Assembly (NCBI GenBank): GCA_045647765.1
Contig: JAZRMR010000005.1
Coordinates: 1,522 to 65,521 of the forward strand
Direction of reading: 5' to 3'
Origin: Christensenellaceae bacterium
Lineage (GTDB): Bacteria; Bacillota; Clostridia; Christensenellales; Borkfalkiaceae
DNA: 64,000 nucleotides
Part shown: positions 17,243-27,454 of the stretch, in pieces
Position numbering within the stretch: position 1 is the first letter of the stretch
How the letters are laid out: every line of letters starts with the position of its first letter
Translations under genes and position numbers: made by a program
The notes under the pieces: generated by a model
Told to the model about the DNA's origin: nothing
The model's database searches: none
The model's input: only the letters and a program-made list of their open reading frames with translations

Positions 17243-18130
17243 GTGGTAAATCTTGAACTTTACAGGGTTTTTTATACCGTTGCTAAATGCGGGAGTTTAA
17301 CCAAAGCGGCAGAAGAACTTTTTATTTCCCAACCGGCAGTATCGCAAGCGATAAAGCAACTTGAAAGCCAACTTGGAGGAAAACTCTTCAATCGAACGCA
17401 TAAGGGCATGGAACTTTCAGAAACGGGCGGAAAGCAAATTTTTCCGACTGTGGAAAAAGCGTTAAAACTCTTTGACGACGCAGAGAGTAAATATGCGGAA
17501 CTTAAAGATACCGCAACGGGCATAGTTAGAATTTGCGCTTCTGATACTGTAAGCACGCATTTTTTATTGCCTTTCGTTAAAGCGTATCATGAAAAATATC
17601 CTAACGTAAACTTAATACTTCAAAACGGCACGTCAAGTGAAACCATAGAACTGTTAAAAAGCAATAAAGGGGATATAGGTTTTGTAAACCTACCTATTGA
17701 TGACAGCGACATAAACCTTTCCAACACGGTAATGCAACTTCACGACACATTTGTTGCAAGTGAAAAGTATAGTGAACTCTTTGATGGAGTGATTGATTTA
17801 AAACGCCTCCAAGACTATCCTCTTTTAATGCTTGAATTATCAACGGCAACAAGGCAGGCTATTGTTAGTTTTGCGCATTCGCAAGGGGTGCATTTACACC
17901 CGGAAATAGAACTTGCAAGTTTAGAACTTATGACAGAACTTGCTAAAAACGGCATAGGTATTGCGTGTATTCCGAGAGAGTTTGTTAAACACGAATTGCA
18001 GTCGGGAACGATAAAAGAAATTATAACAAATCCCGCTCTTCCGACAAGGGCGGTAGGTTTGGCTCTCCCAAAAGACCAAAATATGACCTTTGCGGTTAGA
18101 GAATTTATAAAACTATTGAACGAAAAATAG
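17243..18130 (+). CDS. LysR-family transcriptional regulator
   Basis: N-terminal wHTH (LYRVFYTVAKCGSLTKAAEELFISQPAVSQAIKQLE) and a substrate-binding domain. GTG start. Confidence 0.85.
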   Translation: MVNLELYRVFYTVAKCGSLTKAAEELFISQPAVSQAIKQLESQLGGKLFNRTHKGMELSETGGKQIFPTVEKALKLFDDAESKYAELKDTATGIVRICASDTVSTHFLLPFVKAYHEKYPNVNLILQNGTSSETIELLKSNKGDIGFVNLPIDDSDINLSNTVMQLHDTFVASEKYSELFDGVIDLKRLQDYPLLMLELSTATRQAIVSFAHSQGVHLHPEIELASLELMTELAKNGIGIACIPREFVKHELQSGTIKEIITNPALPTRAVGLALPKDQNMTFAVREFIKLLNEK

Positions 18131-18138
18131 GAGACAAT

Positions 18139-18927
18139 ATGGAAATTTGGCAAGCGATAATACTTGGCGCAGTGCAAGGATTTGCGGAGTTTTTGCCCGT
18201 TTCTTCAAGCGGACATCTAATACTTATGCAAAGGTGGCTTGGCGTAACCGAAGGCGGAATGTTTTTTGACGTTATGTTACATATAGGAACGCTTATCCCT
18301 GTGTTCATTGTGTTTTTCAAGGAGATAATTTCATTATTTAAGAAACCTTTTAACAAAATGTTATTGCTAATAATAGCAACCGTTCCAGCAGTTATAACGG
18401 GTATCTTTTTGCAAGACGTTATAGAGGGTGCTTTTTACGGTGGAGATTTGCTTGCATCAATTTTGCTTGCGGGAACTTTTCTTTTAACGGCAACCGAACT
18501 TTTCTTATCGGAATTCGTAAGTAAAAAGTATCAAAGGCAACTTCCACTAAGCGTTAAACGCAGTGTTGTTATGGGTGTTGCGCAAAGTGTTGCAATCGTT
18601 CCAGGTCTTTCAAGAAGCGGAACGGTTATATCTTCGGGGTGTTACCTTGGAGTGGATAGGGAAACCAATGCAAACTTCGCTTTCTTGATGAGTATTCCCG
18701 TCATTTTGGGCGCTGCGCTTATAACAGGCATAGACGTTGTTAAAGAGGGTATCAGCGTAGACCTTGTTCCGCTTTTATTCGGAATGATAACGGCAGTCGT
18801 AACCGGATACATAGCAATCAAAGTAATGCTGAGAGTTATTAAAAAAGCAAACTATAAATTTTTCAGTCTTTACTTAATCTTGATTGCAACCGCGTCAGTT
18901 ATATCTTTCGTCGGATTTGGAGTATAA
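18139..18927 (+). CDS. uppP: Undecaprenyl-diphosphate phosphatase
   Basis: BacA/UppP motifs (QGFAEFLPVSSSGHL, PGLSRSG). Confidence 0.92.
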   Translation: MEIWQAIILGAVQGFAEFLPVSSSGHLILMQRWLGVTEGGMFFDVMLHIGTLIPVFIVFFKEIISLFKKPFNKMLLLIIATVPAVITGIFLQDVIEGAFYGGDLLASILLAGTFLLTATELFLSEFVSKKYQRQLPLSVKRSVVMGVAQSVAIVPGLSRSGTVISSGCYLGVDRETNANFAFLMSIPVILGAALITGIDVVKEGISVDLVPLLFGMITAVVTGYIAIKVMLRVIKKANYKFFSLYLILIATASVISFVGFGV

Positions 18928-19043
18928 ATGCAAGGAAAAACAGAGAAAGAAATTGATTTAGAGTTAAACTGTTCAACGCCAGAAGAATGTGCTAAAAAAG
19001 TTGTTAAATTAGTAAAAGCAAAAATATACAAAAGGAGAAAACA

Positions 19044-19667
19044 ATGAAAAAGTTTTTTGGAGAATTTAAGAAGTTTATCACTAGGGGAAACGTCCTCGAT
19101 ATGGCTGTCGGCGTTATCGTCGGCGGAGCGTTCACGGCTATCGTAAACGGAATGAGTAATTTCATTTTAAAGCCGATTATTAACTGGCTTTTGGCACTCA
19201 TTTTAGGTAGTAATTCGCTTGACGGAATATTGACTTATCTCAAAGTGGCATACACCACGGACGCAAACAATCAGCAGATAATCGACCTTGCAAACTCCAT
19301 TTATATTAACTGGGGCGAGTTTATCAATGCAATCATTAATTTCTTCCTTATTGCGTTAGTCCTTTTCTCAATCGTTAAATTTATCAACAAGATAAAAGAG
19401 GGCAACGGAGAATTCGCAAAGAAAGTTAAAGAGGGAACGTTAAATAAAGCAGAAAGAAAAGAACTTAAAGAAGCAGGCATAAAGATTACCGACAGAAAAG
19501 CTGTGAGGACTTACTTTGAAGAAAAGAAAGAAAAAGAAAAATTAAAAGAACAAGAAGAACAAAGACTTGCAGAAGAAAAAGCAAAAGAAGAACGCTTATT
19601 AAATCCCACCACAGAGGACCTTTTGAAACAGATTAAAGAACTCTTAGAAAAACAAGTAAACAAATAA
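19044..19667 (+). CDS. mscL: Large-conductance mechanosensitive channel with a long Lys/Glu-rich C-terminal extension
   Basis: N-terminus FKKFITRGNVLDMAVGVIVGGAFTAIVN is MscL-like. At 207 aa it is longer than I recall for MscL, with a KE-rich tail. Confidence 0.85.
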   Translation: MKKFFGEFKKFITRGNVLDMAVGVIVGGAFTAIVNGMSNFILKPIINWLLALILGSNSLDGILTYLKVAYTTDANNQQIIDLANSIYINWGEFINAIINFFLIALVLFSIVKFINKIKEGNGEFAKKVKEGTLNKAERKELKEAGIKITDRKAVRTYFEEKKEKEKLKEQEEQRLAEEKAKEERLLNPTTEDLLKQIKELLEKQVNK

Positions 19668-19676
19668 AAAAACAAA

Positions 19677-19707
19677 CCCTCTCCCGTAAAAAAGGAGAGG
19701 GTATTTT
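19677..19707. terminator. Bidirectional terminator between mscL and mgtE
   Basis: CCCTCTCC-cgtaaaaaa-GGAGAGGG flanked by A and T runs. Confidence 0.7.
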
Positions 19708-19720
19708 ATTGTTAATATTA

Positions 19721-21094
19721 TTATGCGAGCAGGGTAATTGCGACTGAGCAGTAAATTATAAGTGATAAAACGTCAACTATTGTGGTCATAAAGGGAGAGG
19801 CGACAACCGCAGGGTCAAGTTTGCATTTTTTTGCCACTAACGGAAGCAAGCATCCTACAAGTTTTGCCATAAGTATAGTTATAAAAAGTACCGCAGAAAC
19901 GATTAACGCAACTTCGATAGAAACGTAATTATAAAGATTATCAATAAAATAAAGTTTCAAAAAACAAGCCACGGCAATGGTGAATCCTAAAAGACAAGCA
20001 GCGCCAAGTTCTTTTAGTACGACTTTAAATATATCTCTAAATTCAACGTCCCCCAGCGCTAGCGCACGGATAACCGTTACAGACGTTTGGTTGCCTGCGT
20101 TACCTGCTGTTCCCATGAGCATAGGCACGAATGCGTATAATAAACCACCTGAAATTACTGCAAGTTTTGTTTCGTAATTAGAAAGCACCATACTAGTAAA
20201 AGTTGCGGATACCATAAGTAAAAGTAGCCACGGAACTCTGCTTTTCCAAATAATCCATATCGATTGTTTTAAATATGGTTTTTCGTTGGGGAGGACTGCT
20301 GCCATCTTTTGAATGTCCTCGGTCGCCTCTTCTTGGATAACGTCAACAGCGTCGTCGACGGTTACGATACCGACCAAGCACCCCTCTTTGTCAACAACGG
20401 GCAGAGCGAGGAAGTCGTATTTTTGGAATTTAAGAGCAACTTGCTCTTTGTCCTCTAACGTTTCAACGGTTATTGCATTAGAATCCATAATGTGGGCAAT
20501 AAGTTCGTTAGAGTCTGCAAGGAGCATATCCTTAACAGAAACAACCCCTATTAGTTTTTTCTTGCGGTCTGTAACGTAACAGGTATAAATAGTTTCCTTG
20601 TTAGTTCCAGTTGTTCTGATTTTTTCAAAAGCCGAAGCAACCGTCGTGCTACCCGAAAAGGAAACGTATTCGGTTGTCATAATTGACCCAGCAGAATCGT
20701 CGGGATATTCTAATAAATCGTTAATTTGTTTTCTGTTTTCAGGGTCAGAGTTTTTAAGTATTCTTTTAACGACGTTGGCTGGCATTTCTTCTATAATATC
20801 AACCGTATCGTCCAAGAACATATCGTCGATTACCGCTTTAAGTTCTTTATCAGTGAACGCTTTTATAAGTTCTTCTTGCGTATCTGATTCTATTTCGACA
20901 AAAACGTCGCTGGCTAGTTCTTTTGGCAACAAGCGGAAGAACATAAGTTGCTCTTTATCGTCTAAATTGTTTTCCATAAAACTAGCAATATCGGCAGGCT
21001 CCATATCGAGGAGCAAAATTCGGAGGTCGGCAAACTTTCTGGTTTCAAAACAGAAACTCAGTTTTTCAAAAGTTATTTCTAATTCTTCGGTCAT
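19721..21094 (-). CDS. mgtE: Magnesium transporter MgtE
   Basis: MgtE N-domain, tandem CBS domains and a C-terminal TM domain (GNAGNQ motif). Confidence 0.92.
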   Translation of the reverse strand: MTEELEITFEKLSFCFETRKFADLRILLLDMEPADIASFMENNLDDKEQLMFFRLLPKELASDVFVEIESDTQEELIKAFTDKELKAVIDDMFLDDTVDIIEEMPANVVKRILKNSDPENRKQINDLLEYPDDSAGSIMTTEYVSFSGSTTVASAFEKIRTTGTNKETIYTCYVTDRKKKLIGVVSVKDMLLADSNELIAHIMDSNAITVETLEDKEQVALKFQKYDFLALPVVDKEGCLVGIVTVDDAVDVIQEEATEDIQKMAAVLPNEKPYLKQSIWIIWKSRVPWLLLLMVSATFTSMVLSNYETKLAVISGGLLYAFVPMLMGTAGNAGNQTSVTVIRALALGDVEFRDIFKVVLKELGAACLLGFTIAVACFLKLYFIDNLYNYVSIEVALIVSAVLFITILMAKLVGCLLPLVAKKCKLDPAVVASPFMTTIVDVLSLIIYCSVAITLLA

Positions 21095-21110
21095 AATCCG
21101 TCCTCCTTAA

Positions 21111-21315
21111 AAAATAAAATTCCCACCGAAAACGGTAGGAATACAAAAACACTAAAAAACAAGCGTTAACCATTTGAGCTTTAGCACCGTAGGGCGGTGT
21201 AATTGCGTTAAATCACGCCTTGTTTTCGACGTGGTCTGTTCACCAACTAATAGTGTCTCCACCATTTTGCGGTAGCAATCCATATCCCTAGGGTAGCCTT
21301 ACCTACCGGATTTAT
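21111..21315 (-). promoter_or_regulatory. M-box (ykoK leader) Mg2+ riboswitch with expression-platform terminator
   Basis: The minus strand reads GGTAGGTAAGGCTACC...GGAGACAC...GGTGAACAGA...AACAAGGCG...GTGCTAAAGCTC. These are the conserved M-box blocks as I recall them from the B. subtilis mgtE leader. The element ends with the terminator TTCCTACCG-tttt-CGGTGGGAA-TTTTATTTT (21143-21111). The terminator 5' arm is complementary to the aptamer 5' end. Confidence 0.85.
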
Positions 21316-21396
21316 TCGATTAATTACAGTGTACTGCGATACGCTAAATTTGTCAACGGATTTTAAATATTTTTTTACGCACTTTGTGAATTTTTA

Positions 21397-21843
21397 TTAA
21401 TTTTTCTCGTCAGAATTAACAAAATACTCGATTTTTGGGCAAAAATGTTTAAGTTTTCCAATAAAATCATCATAATACTTGCTATTGATGACTATAACCG
21501 AATACTTTTCTCCTTTAAAATATAAGACAAGTTTATTTATGCTAGTCATCTTACAGACTGAAATCACTTGGTCTAACGGAGTTTTAAAAGTCAAAAATCC
21601 AAACCGCAAAACCAATTTAGATTTTTTGAATGAATAACCACTTGCGATAATAACCGAAAGAGCAAAGGAAAAGAGAAGAGCGTTGATAATGCATAATGTG
21701 ATTTGGCTAAACATCTTTATAGGTTCTAATCCCTCTTTCATTAAAGAAATAACGCTATTAACCATGCCCGCCACGGTAACGGCGAGGACGGCGGTTAAAA
21801 TTAAGTATATCGCTATATTGTGCTTATATCTAAATCTTTTCAT
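21397..21843 (-). CDS. Small membrane protein (two N-terminal TM segments plus a soluble domain, possibly bacterial PH-like)
   Basis: Hydrophobic N-terminal half. No specific motif recognised. Confidence 0.55.
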   Translation of the reverse strand: MKRFRYKHNIAIYLILTAVLAVTVAGMVNSVISLMKEGLEPIKMFSQITLCIINALLFSFALSVIIASGYSFKKSKLVLRFGFLTFKTPLDQVISVCKMTSINKLVLYFKGEKYSVIVINSKYYDDFIGKLKHFCPKIEYFVNSDEKN

Positions 21844-21996
21844 AAAATCACCTTATAACTATTGTATTATAAAAACAAGCAAAAAGCAAGAGCAGAATAT
21901 TAATTTACAACTATTAGCGTTTAGTTTGCTTGCAAAATGTTTTTCTATATTGTATAATATTTTTGTTTATTATAGCAACAAGAAACGGAGAAAAAT

Positions 21997-24165
21997 ATGA
22001 TTAAACTTATCGAAAAAGGCGTTTATTATCAAAACGGCAAACTTATTAAGGCAAAAACTGTCGACAAAGAGGCAAAAAAAGGCGGAATGGCTTATAAAAT
22101 CTTGCAAAGCCATAACCTTTCGGACAGTCCTGATAAACTTAATATTAAGTTTGACGAGATAACTTCGCATGATATAACTTACGTTGGGATAATTCAAACG
22201 GCAAAAGCAAGCGGTTTAGAAAAATTCCCCATACCGTACACGTTAACCAACTGCCACAACTCTCTTTGTGCTGTTGGCGGAACGATTAATGAAGACGACC
22301 ACGTTTTTGGTCTTTCTGCCGCTAAAAAATATGGTGGAGCATTCGTTCCTCCGCATTTAGCCGTTATTCATCAATATATGAGAGAGATGCGTGCTTTTTG
22401 CGGTGGTATGATTTTAGGGTCTGATTCACACACGAGATACGGTGCACTCGGAACGGTTGCCGTTGGCGAGGGTGGTCCCGAACTCGTTAAGCAGTTATTA
22501 GAGAGAACTTACGACCTAGATATGCCCGAAATTGTTGCAGTTAGCTTAAAAGGCAGATTAAGGAAGGGGGTCGGCCCGCACGACGTTGCGCTTGCGCTTG
22601 TTAAAGCAACTTTTAAAAACGGCTTTGTTAAAAACAGAGTATTAGAGTTCGTTGGTAACGGAATTAAAACGCTAAGCATGGATTTCAGAAACGGTATTGA
22701 CGTTATGACTACTGAAACCACCTGCCTTTCTTCCGTTTGGATAACCGATGAAAAGACAAGAAAATATTATGAACAGCACCAAAGAGTTGGCGCATACAAG
22801 GAAATGAAGCCCGAAGAAGGAACTTATTACGATAGAGGTATCGTTATAGATTTGTCCAAAATAGAACCTATGATTGCTCTTCCGTTCCACCCTTCTAACG
22901 CTTATACCATAAAAGATTTCCTCTCTCGTCCTTACGAACTTTTGAAAGAGGCAGAACAGGCTGGTCAAAAACTTCTTCCCGAAGGAAAGGGGCAATTTAA
23001 ACTCACCGACAAGATTGTTGACGGAAAAGTTTTTGTTGAACAAGGCGTTATTGCTGGTTGCGCAGGCGGTATGTATGAAAATATTGCAGAGGCAACGGAA
23101 ATACTTAACGGAATTGCTATTGATAATAACGATTTCACTTTGGACGTATATCCTTCAAGCCAACCCGTATATAAAGGTTTGGTAGACGGTGGATATATAG
23201 GTAGATTAATAGATAACGGAGCGGTTATAAAAACTGCTTTCTGTGGACCGTGTTTTGGCGCAGGAGACGTTCCGCAAAATAACGGACTTTCTATTCGCCA
23301 CACTACCAGAAACTTTGAAAGCAGAGAGGGGAGCAAGCCTGCAAACGGTCAACTTTCAGCAGTTGCGTTAATGGACGCAAGAAGTATTGCCGCAACAGCC
23401 GCTAACGGTGGCGCAATAACTTCTGCAATGGATTTGATTTATTCTGCAAAAATCAAAAAATACCGTTTCGACAATAAAATTTACAAAGCAAGGGTGTTTA
23501 ACGGCGTGGGCAAGGCAGACGGTAAACTGTCCTTAAAATACGGACCTAATATCGCAGACTGGCCAAAAATGCAACCGCTTAAAGACAACCTGCTCTTAAA
23601 AGTCGTTTCAGTTATAAATGACCCCGTTACCACGACTGATGAACTTATTCCATCGGGAGAAACTTCATCTTACCGTTCTAACCCGTTGAAACTTGCCGAA
23701 TTTGCGCTTTCTAGAAAAGACCCATTGTACGTTGGTAGAGCAAAAGCGGTTAGGGACGGAGAGTTCCCAGCAGAGTTAGGTTTTGAGGAGGATATTACTT
23801 CTTATGGAAGCGTTGTTTGCTCGATAAAACCTGGCGACGGGTCGGCGAGAGAACAAGCGGCTTCTTGCCAAAGAGTTTTGGGTGGCGTTGCAAATATTGC
23901 TAAGGAGTACGCAACCAAGAGATATAGAAGCAATCTTATCAATTGGGGTATGTTACCGCTTCTTTCCGACAGCAACGACTTTAACGTGGGAGATTACTTA
24001 TATATTCCAAACGTAAAAGAAAAAATCCAGAATGGAACGGGTGTGTTTGAGGCGCAAGTTATAGGCGATAACCCAAGAAACATCACCTTAAAAATGGACC
24101 CGCTAACAGAGGCAGAAAAACAAATCATTTTAAAAGGTTGTTTAATAAATTTTTATAAAAACTAA
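21997..24165 (+). CDS. Aconitase-family hydratase (aconitate hydratase-like, 722 aa)
   Basis: Fe-S ligand motifs GSDSHT and CGPCFG, and the C-terminal swivel-domain motif [17 protein letters not shown]. Confidence 0.85.
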   Translation: MIKLIEKGVYYQNGKLIKAKTVDKEAKKGGMAYKILQSHNLSDSPDKLNIKFDEITSHDITYVGIIQTAKASGLEKFPIPYTLTNCHNSLCAVGGTINEDDHVFGLSAAKKYGGAFVPPHLAVIHQYMREMRAFCGGMILGSDSHTRYGALGTVAVGEGGPELVKQLLERTYDLDMPEIVAVSLKGRLRKGVGPHDVALALVKATFKNGFVKNRVLEFVGNGIKTLSMDFRNGIDVMTTETTCLSSVWITDEKTRKYYEQHQRVGAYKEMKPEEGTYYDRGIVIDLSKIEPMIALPFHPSNAYTIKDFLSRPYELLKEAEQAGQKLLPEGKGQFKLTDKIVDGKVFVEQGVIAGCAGGMYENIAEATEILNGIAIDNNDFTLDVYPSSQPVYKGLVDGGYIGRLIDNGAVIKTAFCGPCFGAGDVPQNNGLSIRHTTRNFESREGSKPANGQLSAVALMDARSIAATAANGGAITSAMDLIYSAKIKKYRFDNKIYKARVFNGVGKADGKLSLKYGPNIADWPKMQPLKDNLLLKVVSVINDPVTTTDELIPSGETSSYRSNPLKLAEFALSRKDPLYVGRAKAVRDGEFPAELGFEEDITSYGSVVCSIKPGDGSAREQAASCQRVLGGVANIAKEYATKRYRSNLINWGMLPLLSDSNDFNVGDYLYIPNVKEKIQNGTGVFEAQVIGDNPRNITLKMDPLTEAEKQIILKGCLINFYKN

Positions 24166-24180
24166 AAAACATATAAAAAA

Positions 24181-24212
24181 ACACTCTGCAAAACATTTGC
24201 AGAGTGTTTTTT
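24181..24212 (+). terminator. Rho-independent terminator
   Basis: ACACTCTGCAAA-aca-TTTGCAGAGTGT-TTTTT. Confidence 0.75.
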
Positions 24213-24252
24213 GGTATTCTTTTAGCATAACTATAAACGAGGAGGTGCGTTT

Positions 24253-24513
24253 ATGGGGTTCATTGACACAATAAAAGAATGTATCGGGGATAGTGAAGGT
24301 ATAAAAGAGCCGTCTTTTAGGGCGGTGGTTTTTGGGGAAAGCGCAGTGTATTTAGAAAACGTTCTTTCAATATTTAGATATTCTCCCACCGAAATAAAGT
24401 TTTGCCTTAAAAAGGGAAGCGTTATTATAAAAGGAGAGGGTTTATATCTGAAAAAATACTGTGTGGGAGACGTGGTGGTGTGCGGAAAAATAAAATGCTT
24501 AGAAAAAGAGTAA
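24253..24513 (+). CDS. yqfC: YabP/YqfC-family sporulation protein
   Basis: An 86-aa protein directly upstream of a yqfD-like gene. GAGGAGG RBS. The synteny matches the Bacillus yqfC-yqfD arrangement. Confidence 0.75.
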   Translation: MGFIDTIKECIGDSEGIKEPSFRAVVFGESAVYLENVLSIFRYSPTEIKFCLKKGSVIIKGEGLYLKKYCVGDVVVCGKIKCLEKE

Positions 24514-25412
24514 GCGGTGTTAGAAGCACTTTCCTAGTTCAAGGGTTAAACTTAGACCGTCTTATAGAACACGTAAAAAAACAGGGCATAACTTTATACG
24601 ACGTTAAAAAAATCTCTCAAAAAAGCATGCATGTTACCGTAAACTTAAAGCAAGGGCAAAAATTTTTTGCAATCGCAAAAGATTTGTGCTATAATATAAA
24701 AAAAGTTAAAGACGGTGGAAGAAATTATCCTTTATATTTTTTGTTTAAAGAATTTGGATTAATCATTGGCGCTGTAATATTTACATTTATAGCAATATAC
24801 TTTAACGGATTTATTTTTTCGTTCGAATACTCTGGGAGCGGAAGCGTTCTTAAAAGAGAAGTTCAGGATTTTTTAGAGCAGAGAGGGATTAAAAAATATA
24901 CTAGGTTTTCGGATATTGACCTCGCTAAAATAGAGGATGAAATTTTGGCGGGGAACGATAGGTTGTCTTTTGTGGGGCTTGAAAGGAAAGGAAACGTTTT
25001 AAAGGTGGAATTGGCCCTTTCAAAAGAGGATAAAGATAAACTCAGCGGAAACGTTTGTGCGCTTTATTCGGACGTTGACGGAGTGGTGGAAAACATAAAG
25101 GTTTATCGGGGAACGCCAAAAGTTTCGGTTGGTGAACAGGTTTTTTCTGGGCAACTATTAGTTGACGGAAAAATGATTATTAAAGAGCAAGAAGTCTCGG
25201 TTGGAGTTATCTGTACGGTTACTTTGCTATCCAATGAAAAATGCGAATATTACTCTTTACACGAGGGAGAGGAAGAAAAGGCAGTTATTTTTGCAGAGCA
25301 AACTTTAAAAGATAAAGAAATTATATCGTCAGAGGTTGTAACCGAAAGGAAAGGGGAACAATACTGCTATACCGTAACGCTTAAATATCGGCGTGTTTTA
25401 TACGCAGGTTAA
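24480..25412 (+). CDS. yqfD: YqfD-like sporulation protein (stage IV); start uncertain (24480 or ATG 24495)
   Basis: N-terminal ...FLVQGLNLDRLIEHVKKQGITLYDVKK, a central TM segment, and the position after yqfC. Confidence 0.75.
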   Translation: MRKNKMLRKRVSGVRSTFLVQGLNLDRLIEHVKKQGITLYDVKKISQKSMHVTVNLKQGQKFFAIAKDLCYNIKKVKDGGRNYPLYFLFKEFGLIIGAVIFTFIAIYFNGFIFSFEYSGSGSVLKREVQDFLEQRGIKKYTRFSDIDLAKIEDEILAGNDRLSFVGLERKGNVLKVELALSKEDKDKLSGNVCALYSDVDGVVENIKVYRGTPKVSVGEQVFSGQLLVDGKMIIKEQEVSVGVICTVTLLSNEKCEYYSLHEGEEEKAVIFAEQTLKDKEIISSEVVTERKGEQYCYTVTLKYRRVLYAG

Positions 25413-25425
25413 AAAGGAAGAAATT

Positions 25426-26889
25426 ATGGAAAAAACAAAATCGAAAAAAATAATGAGTTGGTCGACAAAAGATATCGTGCTAAACGCTATGGTTTACGTT
25501 GTAAACGTCGTTATAGTAGCGTTCTTATTCTTTTTTGCCGTTTATCTTAATGCTGAAAAGGGCATTGTCGACAAATACAAGTATTTTGAAAACATAACTA
25601 CATTTATTCACTTTATTATTTTACTAATTTTAACTTTTTCGGTAGTTGCTTTTTATTTTGCTTTCGAGGACAGGGATTTTCTTAAAAATCCCGTCAACTC
25701 GGAAATGTTGTTTTTGATTATAGAACTAGCGCTTATAGTATGTTACGCCGTCGGGACTTACGTTAACGTGTATTTGCGTCCGCTTGCGCTTGTATCTATA
25801 CTTACTCTGTTTTTAACCAACAGACGAACGGCAATTTTTATGAGCATAATTTTTTGCGTGCTTATATTTTTGTTCGACTCGTTTGGCGGAGTTGCGTTCA
25901 CAATCGGCAACTATCCGGTATTGATAATGTGCTTTTCTTCTGGTATTATAGCAACTGTGTGTATGGATAAGGTTTATTCAAGGCTTAAATTACTTTTAAT
26001 GAGCACCTTAATATCAGTGCCAAGTTTAGTGTGTGTTGCCATGAATATAATAGAACACGGCGGAGAAAATATCATATCATCTCTAATATCGGGGGCGTGT
26101 TCGGGTCCGTTCTCGGTTATGATACTTCTTATACTGCTTCCCGTATTCGAAGCAATGTTTAAAAAGGTTAGTTGTTTTAAGTATTCGGAATTAACCGACC
26201 ACAAAGCAACACTTATCAGAAAACTTATTCAGCAAGCACCGGGAACGTTCAATCACTCGATAGTGGTTTCTAACATAGCCGAAGCGTGCGCAACTGCAAT
26301 AGATGAGGACGCTTTGCTTGCAAGAACTTGCGCTTATTATCACGACATAGGAAAACTTCGCAGACCTGAATTCTTTAAAGAAAATCAAGCAACTGGCGAA
26401 AATCCTCACGACGATTTAACCCCTGAGTTATCGGCAAACATAATAAAATCACACGCTATCGACGGATACAAACTTATCGAAAAAAGCAGGCTTCCCCAAG
26501 AGATAGCAGACGTATGCGTTCAACATCACGGAACTCTTCCTATTTTGTATTTTTACGACAAAGCAAAAAAATTTACCGACGGTGAAGTAGACCTTAATCA
26601 ATATTGTTATCCAGGACCAAAACCCAAAACTAAGATTGCAGCCATTATAATGATAGCAGACGGGTGCGAGGCGGCGGCAAGGTCGCTTCAAGACCGTTCA
26701 AGAGAAAACGTTAAAAAGGTGGTAAGAAAAATCGTTAACGACCGCATGGAACTCGGTCAGTTTGAGGACTGCGAAATAACGTTAAAAGAACTTAATATTA
26801 TCATTCACACGGTAGTAAACAATTTAACGGGTATATATCACAGCAGAGTTGAGTATCCAAAAGTAAACCTAGACGGAGTAGAATTATAA
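25426..26889 (+). CDS. pgpH: 7TM-HD (HDIG) membrane phosphohydrolase, PgpH/YqfF-like
   Basis: Multi-TM N-terminal half and an HD domain (YYHDIGKL, QHHG). RBS AAGGAAG before ATG at 25426. Confidence 0.85.
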   Translation: MEKTKSKKIMSWSTKDIVLNAMVYVVNVVIVAFLFFFAVYLNAEKGIVDKYKYFENITTFIHFIILLILTFSVVAFYFAFEDRDFLKNPVNSEMLFLIIELALIVCYAVGTYVNVYLRPLALVSILTLFLTNRRTAIFMSIIFCVLIFLFDSFGGVAFTIGNYPVLIMCFSSGIIATVCMDKVYSRLKLLLMSTLISVPSLVCVAMNIIEHGGENIISSLISGACSGPFSVMILLILLPVFEAMFKKVSCFKYSELTDHKATLIRKLIQQAPGTFNHSIVVSNIAEACATAIDEDALLARTCAYYHDIGKLRRPEFFKENQATGENPHDDLTPELSANIIKSHAIDGYKLIEKSRLPQEIADVCVQHHGTLPILYFYDKAKKFTDGEVDLNQYCYPGPKPKTKIAAIIMIADGCEAAARSLQDRSRENVKKVVRKIVNDRMELGQFEDCEITLKELNIIIHTVVNNLTGIYHSRVEYPKVNLDGVEL

Positions 26890-26902
26890 CCGAGGAAAAA
26901 TT

Positions 26903-27454
26903 ATGGCAAAACTTTTTATAGAATGTCTTGAAAGAAAAATTAAACTTAAAAAACTCGCAAAAGCAGTTTATAAAACTCTTGGACAAGTTTCAAGATTTAA
27001 AGCAGAACTCGTTTTCAGCGACGGCGAACAAATGCAAACTCTAAACAAAACTACTCGTGGCGTGGATAGTGTTACGGACGTTTTGTCTTATCCTAGCCTT
27101 GACGGAATAAGAGGCGTTGCTATAAAGCCTGAGGACTGCCCGACCGAACTTGAAGGCAGATATATTTTTCTCGGCTCAATCGTTTTATGTGATGAAAAAA
27201 TTAGGGCGCAAGCAGAAGAATATGGACACAGTGAAGAGAGGGAAAGAGAATACCTTATTATTCACGGACTGTTGCATCTTTTTGGATATGACCACATGAC
27301 AGATATCGACAAAAAGGAAATGCGAGACAAAGAAAAGCAAGTTTTAAAACTTCTTCACCCCGAAGAATTTTTAGCCGATAAAGATGAACAAAAAAACCAA
27401 GAAAATGAAAATTTAGATATGAACGCTGAAACGGACGGGGAGGATAAAGGCTGA
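26903..27454 (+). CDS. ybeY: rRNA maturation endoribonuclease YbeY
   Basis: Zinc motif HGLLHLFGYDH. An acidic C-terminal tail. The stop overlaps the era start (TGATG). Confidence 0.9.
   Translation: MAKLFIECLERKIKLKKLAKAVYKTLGQVSRFKAELVFSDGEQMQTLNKTTRGVDSVTDVLSYPSLDGIRGVAIKPEDCPTELEGRYIFLGSIVLCDEKIRAQAEEYGHSEEREREYLIIHGLLHLFGYDHMTDIDKKEMRDKEKQVLKLLHPEEFLADKDEQKNQENENLDMNAETDGEDKG

Noticed and set aside
18928-19047. A 39-codon ORF between uppP and mscL (MQGKTEKEIDLELNCSTPEECAKKVVKLVKAKIYKRRKQ), with a GGAG 5 nt upstream and a stop overlapping the mscL start.
   Set aside because: No recognisable family, and the Lys-rich sequence is consistent with AT-rich spacer translation. It is possible but unsupported.
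19500-19667. Lys/Glu-rich repetitive tail of MscL as a separate feature or gene fusion.
   Set aside because: It is continuous in frame with mscL and is a low-complexity charged tail. Nothing indicates a distinct domain or a frameshift.
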